DNA from: Octopus sinensis
Taxonomy: Eukaryota
Length of the DNA stretch: 64,000 nucleotides
Direction: 5' to 3'
NCBI RefSeq assembly: GCF_006345805.1
Contig: NC_043018.1
Coordinates: 12,152,001-12,216,000, forward strand
Part shown: piece by piece, positions 8,216 through 20,200 of the stretch
Layout: each line of letters opens with the position of its first letter
Numbering within the stretch: position 1 is the stretch's first letter
Notes under the pieces: generated by a model
What the model was told of the DNA's origin: nothing
The model's database searches: none
The model's input: the letters and a program-made list of their open reading frames with translations, nothing else
Program-made: the position numbers and the translations under genes

Positions 8216-11200
8216 GTAGATTAATTATCTTTATAAATAACAAAAAAATTTTATAGCAACGAATATAAAGGGAATAAGTTGCCTCACAACTTTAACCATG
8301 TTCGACGCTGAGAATTGTGCTGTTAGTTTTAGTAGTAGGGCAATAATTTCAAAAGGGACTTTTCTCGGGTGACACCTATTTTAATGATCTTTAAAGGGAA
8401 GAAGCTTTGCATGTGACTAAGTTTTCGGGTTTGAAAATTTTTTTTCATGTCTTTGAATTAGAATATATTAAGAGAAATATATAAATATAGGAGTAAGAAA
8501 AGATAAATGTAAACCGTGGCTGCTGTTTAACTTCAACTCGGGCCTAGAAGGCGTTCCATCCATGACTTTGCCGTATTAGTTCATCTCGGGCCATGTTACA
8601 TTTGTTCTCTGTTAATTTTAAACGGTTTTAATTGGAATTGAGATTTGGCTTTTATTTCTGGGAGGTTCACTAACAATGGTGCTCGCTCCTGGCGCAAGAT
8701 ATTTTTGCTTCTGTTATACTTTTACTCTTTTACTTGCTTCAGTCATTTGACTGCGGCCATGCTGGAACACCGCATTTAGTCTAGCAAATCGACCCCAGGA
8801 CTTATTCTTTGTAAGCCTAGTACTTATTCTATCGGTCTCTTTTGCCGAACAGCTAGGTTACGGGGACGTAAACATACCAGCATCGGTTGTCAAGCAATGT
8901 GGGTGGGTGACACACACATATATATACACGACGGGCTTCCTTCAGTTTCCGTCTACCAAATCCACTCAAGGCTTTGGTCGGCCCTAGGATACAGTAGAAG
9001 ACACCTACCCAAGGTGCCACGCAGTGGGAATGAACCCGGAAACTTTGTTTCAATTAAAGAATATTCTTAGTTAATTACTAAGGCCACCGAAAAAAACGAG
9101 TGTAATAGGTGTAAAAAAAATGTATATTAAACGAATCTGAAAACCAAAATTTGCGCCAACGAACTGGGGTGGGGAGAGGACTTTCAGAAAATTCCGAAGA
9201 CCCGATATTTTCCCTCATAACTTTTAGGAAAATGGATATCTTTTGATGGAATTTTATAGAAAACCTTTCAAGCGGCGTAGATTACGATTATAAAGATATT
9301 TGTGGGGTAAAGTTTTTTTTTTCGAGGAGGACTTTTAGAAGATTCACACGATCCGATTTTTTCCCTTATAGCTTTTAGGAAAACGGATATCTATTAATGA
9401 AATTTTATAGGATTATCTTCCAAACGGCATAGATTACGACTATAAAGAAATTTGTGGGGAAAATTTTTTTCCAAGGGGAAAACTCGGCCTTGCTTTTATT
9501 CCATAGTGAGACTCAACACTGTATGAATTTGTTTCTCTCATCATGATACAAAAGATCTTTTTAAAAACCTTTATCTATTACTCAAACGACAAATAAACGA
9601 ATCTAAACATTTTTTTCCAACCTTTTTCCATTACACTGAAGCAAAAAAATAATTTATGAATTTCTTTCTCTTCGAAAGTCCTCCTCCTACCTCATCGGAA
9701 AAAAACATTTTCCCCACAATTTTCTTTATAATCATAATCAATGCCGTTTGAAAGGTATTTATATAAAATTTCATTGAAAGATATCCATTTCCCTAAAAGT
9801 TATGATGGGGAAAAAATCGGATCTTGTGAATTTTCCGAAAGTCCTCTCCCGACCTCACCCCGGTTCATGGACGCAAATTTTTGTTTTCATATTCATTTAA
9901 TACACATCTTTTAACACCTATTTTTTTGTTTTGGTGGCCGAGTGTTAAAGTAGTAATTAGCCAAAAAAATGTTTTAACGTGGCCTTACTATTCTGAAAGT
10001 CCCTTCTCCGCCAAGTTCCTTTGTCGGTTGGGGATGTAAAGCGTGACTCTGGCCCCAGATCAGCCCTGACCGAACTGACCTATGATCAGTTAAAAGGTTC
10101 CATCTGTCAATATGTGACCATCTCAACAAATTGTAACTATATTATGAAATGTTTCGATTTTTTGACAGTAGGGTGTTATTTGAGGAAATTTAACTGGTGT
10201 TTCTAGCAGATTGTATGACCTCGTACCTGCATGTCCTGTCGAGGTCTGTGGTCATTTTATTCACCTTTCGTAAAACTGGTTCTAAGTATTCTAACCTCAA
10301 TGAATAGAAGCAGGCGGAGGTGGAACTGAATGAATGAATGAAGCAAATAACAATAGTGCCGGCATACTTACACAAGTGTACCAATAGTGCGAAATATTTA
10401 CCATTCATGGATAGATTGCTCATCCCACCCCCCTCCGAAAACCGATTATTCATTGATAAAAGCGATCCTCTATTCCTGCATGAGTCTATAATTTGCTAAA
10501 ACGGGTAATCAGTCGTAAGAAGTAGAGATATAATATATATATATATATAACGAAACAGGTAAGAGGATGCTTAAAGGGAGAATTAAGGCGGCCCTGGTCG
10601 AAATATATATTTTCCTCTCCTTAGTTATTTAATACCCATCCATGCTCTTTCTACTTTCATATTTCAAGGTTTGTCGGTTTTGTGGCGGCTTCCACAAACG
10701 TTTAGCTTTGTAAGTGTTTATCAACATAGAACGACGCAGTTTATTTTCGTGGGGAGGCTGAGTGTGTTTTCCTTCTCCTCTTTCAGACTATACACCTTCA
10801 GTACAGAGAGAAAGCGAGAGGGGGGGGGGAGAGAAATTAAGAAACGTTGGTATTTATATCAAGAGGGAAAATGAAAATGGCTTATTTACAACCGAGAAAC
10901 AGAACTTGTTTGCTCTCCGTGCATTTTTTTATGCTTAACAACGATTGCCACACGTTTTTCTGGATTTTGAAATCGCCGAGTTGTTCGTGTTTTTAATGCA
11001 ATGCGGATTTCACTTTGGAAACACTTCACTGTTTGGGAGACGCACACCATCCAGTCTCTTACTTTCATAAGAACATCCAAAGACATTTCTAATTAAGATG
11101 TGGAAGTGCAAAAGGCCTGTCTGAACACCGCACACACACGCACACAAAGGAACCTTGTCATATCCACGCGCACACAAAATACTCCAATAGAAGGGTTTAT

Positions 11201-14200
11201 GCAGTACTAGTAATAAATTACATCGGAGCAGAATTATGATGGGTCTTTCAAGCCCCACACACACCGTTTTATTTTGTAAAACTATTGATATATTTACTAA
11301 TTAAGCATCAAAGTGTTACATCACACATCTGCAACTTTCTCTTTCTCTCTCTCTCGGGGTGTTTCGAGGTTACGATGAACGATCGGCCACAAACAATTGT
11401 CACGGGTTGAACACTCGATCTCATATCAAATAGCTCGTTAAACAACTTCGAAACGGTACGTGTGTGTGTATATAAATATGTATGTATATGCGTTTGCATG
11501 TATATTGAAATGATAACCACTTACGTGTCCGAGACAGTTAATTCCCTCCGTTTGAACACCAATCACTGATGAAACCCCTGAAATACAGAGCCCCATTCGT
11601 TCGTCAAGGGAGTTGGTTTTGTTGTTTGAGTATTTTGGGTGGGGAGTGGAAAGGAATAGAGATAAAAGTTTCACCACAAGACTTGACGACGTAGATAATT
11701 CCTGCTGCTGCAGTTCCTGCTACTGCTTTCACGAGTGTTGCTGCCGTTGCTGCTACATAAACACCGATTCCAAATCGATCAAATATGGGTCTGCTATATA
11801 TGCGTGTGTGTCGTGTGTGTGTATATATATATGTATATATATATATATAAATATGCGTGTGTGTATGGGGATGTATTTATATAAATTGGCTTTTTGAAAC
11901 TCTTTTATTTATTTTATATGTATATATTTCCATCTCTTGTGTGGTATGAGAAATGCTGCTTTCTCGGTGGTACTTGTTGATTTACTCCAAGGAAATGAAG
12001 AAAGCAGGAAACACCAAAGTAAGCAATGGAATGGAGTGAGTCCCCATAATGTGCTAATTGTATGAGGAGGATGATGGTGGTGGTGGTGGTGGTGGCGGCG
12101 GTGATAGTAGTTAGTGCTCTGCGCTGGTTTCAATGTAATAATAGTTATGGTGGAAACACAATGCCAAGATATTCGTTGCCAGTCACGCATTACTTAAGCT
12201 TGGACTTTCCAAGACAATCATTTCGTCGTCTTCTTCTTACGGAGAAAGCAAAATGCCGTTTTCCTTTCGTCTTCACAATTCCCTTTCACTCGGTCGTCTC
12301 CCGTCGTGGTCGTCTCCCGTCGTGGTCGTCTCTCGTCGTGGTCGTCTCCCGTCTTTCTCTCCACCTTGTCTTCTTCTTCCAGTCCGCCTTTAGTATCCTT
12401 CACTTGCTCGATTCATCTCCGCTTCCTCCTCCTCCCCTTTCTCTCTAGCTCGAATCTCTGTTTCCTCTTCAGCTTGAAAACCTTTTCTTCTTCATATTTC
12501 TTCTCTCTCACTGGAAACCTTTTCCATATGTTTTCTCACGCTCCTACTCTGTCTACTCGCACGATCCTCAATGGTTCTGTCGTAGCCGCTTCTGCCAAAG
12601 CCTTCTACCCCTCGTCCGGCTATCTACTTTCTGTTATGTACTAACGGAGAAACAGTCTATTTCTCTCTCTCTCTCTTCACCTTTTCATTGGAGCTTCTCT
12701 TCTTCCAGCCAAGTATTCAATCAGTTATGTGATGACTAATTGTGATTCGTAACAGGTAGCCTTTGGTGCGCGTGTATAAGCAGCTCCGAATCGTCCTACA
12801 TAGTTCACTTGCTCCCCACCTATGGAGACCTCTTTCTTGTTATTCAGGTGTTCTGCATTGCTATTCATTATTGGTCCTTCAGTTCTATTGCCGACCTCAC
12901 TCTTTTACTCAGTGTAAACCTCCCACTTTTTCTTGATTGTTTTCATTTGTATTTCGTCATTTTACTGTCCACAGACTTCTTAGACGATTAATAAATAAAA
13001 AAATATTATTTTTAATTCGAAAGCCTTCAACTTTCGCTTTCTCCAACCACGATATAATTTGTTACCAGAGTATCTTGGAACGCACTTCATGATGATATTG
13101 CTAGTTAACGTGATTTAATCAGGTGAGCCCTGATCAAACAGATCCCTGCTCAAAGGTGTTCCAGCTTTGACCATCTCATCACTTTATGTCAGGTACTACA
13201 CTGTCCAACACGTCTCCTATGTAAGACACTGGGAAGTGATTTGAGGGAGATTTAGCAGCTCATTTTAGCAAGTAGAATGACCATGTGGAGATGTCTTTAT
13301 TGTAATTATGGTTGTTGTGGGTTCAAGAGACAGCAGCAGGCTTGTTAGAGTATTTCCAACGTTGAACATGGAGTGTATGCACTTTATGTTCGAGGCTCTG
13401 ATGAAACTTTTCTAGGGAAAGAGGACAAGATTAGAAAGGCCACCAATTCCTACATAGACGACATTTTGGTGGACGAAACTGTAGTGCCAGCCAACGAGGT
13501 AGTTCAGACTGATTGCGAAGCCACCGGAGTCGATGGAAGGGGGAGCTGCGAAGAGATAGATTGGGTGAATTGGTGTTCCGGAGAGGGAATGAAATCCCAG
13601 AGCTGAGTTCCAGCGTCAGCAGGAGAGAGCTGTTCTCGGTGTGTGGGAAGTTGGTCGGTCACTACTCGATCGCTGGATGGCTGCATACAGCGTGCAGTTA
13701 CACCAAGAGATGAGCGGAGGGGGAGAGTTGGGGCTACAAGATGGGAGAAGGGATGGTGGCGATGATGCAGAAAATCCTAGAGAGGACGAGAGTGAAAGAC
13801 CCGGTCAGGGGGAACTGGTACGTGCCCAAGACAGAATGCAGGACCGTCTGGTGTGATGCTAGCAGTATAGCGATAGGGGTTGTGTTAGAGATCGAAGGTG
13901 CTGAGGTGGAGGATGCGGCCTCGCTTCGGAAAGCAGATGACTTTGACCACATCAATGTCGCCAAATTAGACACAGTGCTGAAGGGGGTGAACTTGGCCCT
14001 GAAATGGGGGCTGTGCACAATCGAAATCCAGACGGATTCAGCCACTGTGCTTGGCTGGTTAGGATCAGATCTCACCGGTGAGAGGAGAGTTCGGACGAAA
14101 GGTGCCGCGGAGATGTTGGTGAAGTGCCATCTAGGAGTTCTAGGTGAATTGATTGCCGAGTTTGGACTGAAGCTGAACGTGGTTTTCGTGCCTTTGGAGA

Positions 14201-17200
14201 GAAAAGGAGCAGACGCACTGACCAGGGTAAAAAGGGCGTGGTTGGAGGAACCAGAGGAGGCACAGAAAGGGATAGCTGCAGCGTGTCGGTTGGATGACTC
14301 CGAACTGAAGAGACTGCACGCTATGCATCACCTGGGTGTGGACAGGACCCTGTATCTCGTGAAGAAAATTGATGCTGCCGTTACTAGGAGAAGCATCTGG
14401 AAAGTGGGCGGGAGCTGCGGCAGGTGTCAGTCCATTGACCCTGCTCCGTGTGGGCATGCGCAAGGAAACCTTTTGGTGGAGCACAACTGGAAGAAGCTAG
14501 CTGTGGATGTGACGCACTACTGTCAAGGAATGTATCTCTCCATGGTCGACAGTGGGACAGGCCGGCTGGGCATTTGGAGGGAGTTGAGAACAGATTTTGA
14601 ACGGGATATCTTTAGAGAGGGGTCCCATGGAAGAACTGCTAATGGACAACGGGGCAGCATTGAGGGATATGCTCGACTGGCGGAAAGTGCATCACTTGTT
14701 CAGAGCAGTGTATAGGCCGAGCGGTAACGGAATTGTAGAGAGGCACCATCGGACAGTCGAGGCCATAGCGGAAAGAGGGTTTCGCTGCTGGAAGCAGTTT
14801 TTTGGTACATGTCTTCCCGATCCGGACAAGCTGAAGAATCAGTGCCGCACAGAGCGGTATTTAAATATGAGATAGACACCTACCTTCTCTTCGTTGACGT
14901 AGACTTCTCCAGCGGTAACGTGCCCTTCCACGTGGCCCGACCTGAACACTAGAAATAGCAGCTGCTTTTACCCTACCTTGACAAAGCGCTCACACGTCCA
15001 GCTCTGTTGGCTACCCTGATCGAAAAGGTCCAATCCTACCCTACCTGCGCGCGTGTCACTCCTGCCCCTTGCTCTTCAGGTCAGCTCCCCAGCTGCTGAC
15101 GTCATCCCACAGAGAGAAAACATGAAAGATATGTAGTAATACATATGTAGAAGATTCCTGAAGGTCTGGTCCCAACTTTAGAACTGAAAGCCATACTACT
15201 CACTCAACTGGACCTCACTGCATCGTACCAAAAGATCTTTCTCTCTTCTGTCAGAGGAAGAACCTAATACTGTAACAAGGTCCACAATTTTTCAGTATCA
15301 TACCAAAAGGCCTCAGAAACCTGTGAGATGCAGATGCAGTCAAAGAACAGTTAAGTTTTTATCCGATATATACCAGATGAACTCACATTACAGTGAAAAA
15401 CATAAACAAGTGCAGCTCTGACCCACTTACTACTTCACCTGGATTGATTCTGGTGACAGGACTGGGAAGTGAGTCTAAAACAGACAGGTGTCACTGCAAA
15501 CGGCCATACGGCAGCACCTGGGCTGAAGCTGTTAATAGAATAAAAGATATTTTAAAACTGGCAACCCATCAGTTATGACAATAAGGATTCCAGTTGATCC
15601 GATCAACAGCCTGCTCATGAAATTAACATGCAAGCGGCTGAGCGCTCCACAGACACGTGTAACCTTGATGTAGTTCTCAGGGAGATTCAGTGTAACAGGG
15701 ACAGCCCTTTGAAAAACAGGGACTGCTCATTTTTGCCAGCTGAGTTGACTGGAGCAGTGTGAAATAAAGTATCTTGCTCAAGGACACAGTGTGTCGCCAG
15801 GAATTGAACGCATGACCTTATGATTGTGAGCCGAATACCCTAACCATTAAGCTATGCATCTTCACATATATGATATATATAAGTCTTCTACATACATATA
15901 TATGATATATATACACCTTGGGCCGACCAAAGCCTTGTGAGTGGATTTGGCTGACGGAAACTGGATGAAGTTCGTATATATTTATATATATATATTAATT
16001 AGTAGCTAGCTTTGTCTGTGGCTTTTACTAGGGAATAGGGCAGCCAGAGTTCTTTGCTGTTTGCGGTGCACCTGTCCATCCCACCACCACCACCACCACC
16101 ACCTATACCAGGAGTCTTCTTGCTCTGAGCTCCACCAGATGTCTGTCTCCTGAGCACCTCTGATGGCTTACTATATGGCACACTTTCCCTCCTCCAACCC
16201 TACCTAGTGTCTGTCTCCTGCTGAACGTAGTGTTTATGTAGCGAATAAAATGATGGTGTAGTGTATGCAGGTTGAAGGCTATTTGTATGTTTGCAAGATC
16301 TGCCAAATACGAGCTTTCTTTTCAGATGCAAAATGCTGCTGTCCCTGACCCCAGGGTCTCCCTGGCCCACACCTTCCCCACCCTCAGAGTTGGCACATTG
16401 AAATGTAGATCTGGTGAGATTGTTGAGATGCTTCAACATAGACGTGTAGAATTGTGCTGCATCTAAGAAGTAAGGCTGAAAGGAAGTTCTGCTAGGTTCC
16501 TCACAGGCAAAGAACATAGGTACAAGATTTTCTGCGTAGGGAACACTGATGGGGTTGGGGGCATGGGTATACTCCTAGTGAAGAAATGGGTTTATAAGGT
16601 AATCGAGATAGTCAGAATCTGTGATAGAATACTTACGCTTAGACTGGTGCTGCAACATGGATTAGCAACCATAATCTCAGCCTACACCCCTCAGCCAGGG
16701 CTACCTGATGAATAGCAAGACCAGTTTTACAACATCCTCTTTGTGACTGGCGACTTCAACAGTCATGTTTGACTTGAAGTGAGCTTCCATGGTGTACGTG
16801 GTGGCAACTGATTTGGTTCCCACTATGAGGAGGGAACCAGGCTGCTGGAGTCCTGTGGTGAAAATGATCTTATGATCTTTAATACTAACTTCAGGAAACC
16901 TACCAGTCTGGTGGGCACCCTAGTCAGATTGACTATGTTCTCACCAGGAAACGGGAAAGATGGCTACTTATAAAAGCCAAAACTTTCCCAGGTGATGAAT
17001 GCACCCCACAACATAGGTTAGGAGTCAGTGACATCAGGATCAGTGTTAAATGGCTGCCCAGAAGACGACCAGCATGGAAAAGAAGGATCTGGAAGCTTAT
17101 GGATCCTCTGAAATTTAGAGATATATTACTTGGAGCTTTTGATGAAAAAGAGGATATATAGCACCACATAATGACTACTGTTGTTTTAATTCGTTATAAA

Positions 17201-20200
17201 AGCAGAAACCTCTAAAATGATTATTCATATCAAATCAGATGGATGCTTGGTTTTATGCTGCATATCACCAGTCATTTCTTCAATCAAGATTAGTGAAAAT
17301 CTTATGCTGTTAGCCGAAATTTATGTCATTTGAAAATGCAATTAACCAAATTATGCAATTATACAGAAAAGCACTTTAATGAATTGATTGTATCATCAAC
17401 AGAGTGTGAACAAATATATAGAACCAGCTGTCTCAACATCCCAGCAGGCATTTAAATTTGTGAACTGTGTGTGTGTGTAACTGAGAAGCAAGAATCAAGA
17501 TAATTGCAGTGTAGAAGGTGTTTATAAGCCATTTAAGATTCACTTCAACATTTAAATTTAATTTGTCAAAATATTTTCGTCGCTTTGAGACCACAACCTG
17601 TTCACTGACAAAATTCTGTGCTGCATCACGGAATCTGCACCTATGCAGAATTTTGTCAGTGAACCTGTCAGTCTCAAAGCAATGAAAATTTTTAGACAAA
17701 TTAAATCTAAATGTTGAAGTGAATCTTAAATGGCTTATAAACACCTTCCGTGCTGCAATTGTTTTCGTTCCAGCACACGATCTCAGATCAGGTCACTTGC
17801 TATGCAAGGGCATCTCCGTAATAAAAATCAAGACATTAGACTCAAAAACTGTCGCTAGTATTCCTACATTATCCTACTCTATTGAAAGTTCTTTGTATGT
17901 CAGCAAGACATTCTACATGTGTCAATATTTTATAAAAAAAACAATGGAGAAACTGTTTTTTGTTTCTCAATAAAATTCACATCGTTTTTCTGTTTCAATC
18001 TTCTTGATTCTGTTTCTTCCATCAGCAATGTGTAAAACCTTTGAATATTGAGAAAAAGACTGGCAAAGTTGGTAAGATCAAGATTGAAGATGATGGAAGC
18101 TACTACGAAGTTAGCACGGTAAGTCGATTCAGGCGGTGGATTCAGATTCTACCTTTTTTTGCAAATTCTTTCTTTCTCATATTCTAGAGTAGGAAGAATT
18201 GATTATGATACATAAGAATATATTCGAAATAAATACATTATAATCTCTCTCTGACCATCTTTCCCTCCTTAAACTGCTCTGTTTTCTGAGTTATGGCAAC
18301 CTTGCCGGTATAGAAGGTTCTGAAAAGTTTGAGAGTCCATCTTGTCAGATGGGTTATACCTGTAAATCAAAGTTGTATCTGCGTGAAAATCATTTTTCAA
18401 TGGTTTAAATGTTTGCATATCTATGTGTGCACGTATTTATCTATAAGTCTGTCAGTCTGTTTCGTCATCATCCTTGTTTAACATCCACTTTTCCATGCTT
18501 GGAGTTGGATGGAAGGAAACAGTAATGCACACACACAAGTACACACATGCACACACACACAAACACACACGCACACATACAGGGTGAGATGGGTAAATTG
18601 TCGGCATTTTATACTTTCAATTTTGCACATGCACTTTGTCTGTTCTGGTTTTGTCAATTATACCACAGGGTCAGTTGGGCACCGTCTGTGAGAAAAACAG
18701 CACCCTGATGCAATTCACTCGACCAGAAATTTGGAAACGACATGCTGTGCTGCTTAGCATTCATGCTGGAAACTTCATTATGAACATTTCAGAGTGTTTG
18801 GGTGTCAATCTGAGGACATATGCCCTGGGTCAAGAGGGTGGCTGCTGAAAGACCCTATGTCTGGCAAAAGGACTCTGCACCATGCCACACAAGCAGGAGA
18901 ACCCAGTCATGGCTGTCAGGCAATTTCTGTAACCACATCACCCCTAACATCTTGCCACCTAACTCCCCAGACTGCAACTGCCTTGATTATTGTAGCACCA
19001 AAGATGAACTGAAGGCAAAGATTATGGCAGCATTCACCACCTTAAACAAGGAGACCACCCTGAAGAGTTGCAGGAGATTCCAAAGTCATCTGGAGGCCAT
19101 AGTTGAAGCGAATAACAATTTTATTGAATAGATTTACTCTTTAGTATTTCAAGATTTTTTTATGTAATTTTGGTAAATACATCTGTTAAAATGAGATGTT
19201 ATTTTAATTTTTGCATAATTTAGATGACAGCTTATTCACTGTACCCTGTATATATATATGTATATATATATATGTTATTGCTGAGACCCCCTTCGGTCAT
19301 GACTGACCATGGGATTGCACCTTCAAATTTATCCTCCCAAGCACAAGTCTGGGCAAGGTTGTTTATCAATAAGTAACAAGAACAAACATTTGAAAAAATT
19401 GCTTGTAACTAGCACCTGTGGCAGTGTCACGTATGTAGCACCTGTGCTGTGGCACATAAGTAGCACCTGTGCTGTGGCACGTAAAAAGCACCTTTCGAGT
19501 TTTGGGCCTCCCGGAGGCAATGTGGCCGATGCCAGTGTCGCATAACTAGCACCTGTGCTGGTGGTATGTAAAAATCACCTTTTGAGTGTTGGGCCTCACA
19601 GAGGCTATGACAAATGACCGAGACCTTTGGCAACAAGACCCATCAAGCCAAGTGAAATCATAGTTGCAGCAGATACTGGTGTTACACAACTGGCATGTAA
19701 AAGCACCCACTACACTCTTGGAGTGGTTGGCATTAGGAAGGGCATCCAGCTGTAGAAACTCTGCCAGATCAAACAGGAGTCTGGTGCAGCCGCTCAGATT
19801 ATCAGCTCTGGTCAAAACTGTCCAATCCATGTCAGCAGGGATAACAGAGATTAAATGATGATCCTTATGGTGATATATGGACTGCAGCAGCTTTGAATTC
19901 AAAGGTCCAGCCTTGTTACACACTGAGACTGCCTGATTATTACATTAACAGAAAGAGTGTCTGTGGAATACCTTGCCACAAAATTTAATGAAATACAGCA
20001 AGGCACGTTTGAGTATTTTCTAGTTGAACTTGTGTTCTAGCAGTTTACAATATATTGATCAGACAAGTGTTTTACACATTGTCAATGCAAAATCCATTAA
20101 ACTTGCTATTTTACATCTTTCTTTGATGTTTTGGCTCCTGTTCCCCTATTTTCATCTCCTCAACCTGTCAATATGTATTATTTATATTATTATTATTTGT

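Noticed and set aside
11560-11600. CTGATGA...GAAA hammerhead-like words on the + strand
   Set aside because: No credible helix I or III and at most a 1-bp helix II; better explained as the antisense of the candidate exon
13385-13425. CTGATGAAAC...GGAAA inside the Gypsy RT region
   Set aside because: No supporting helices; chance match in coding sequence
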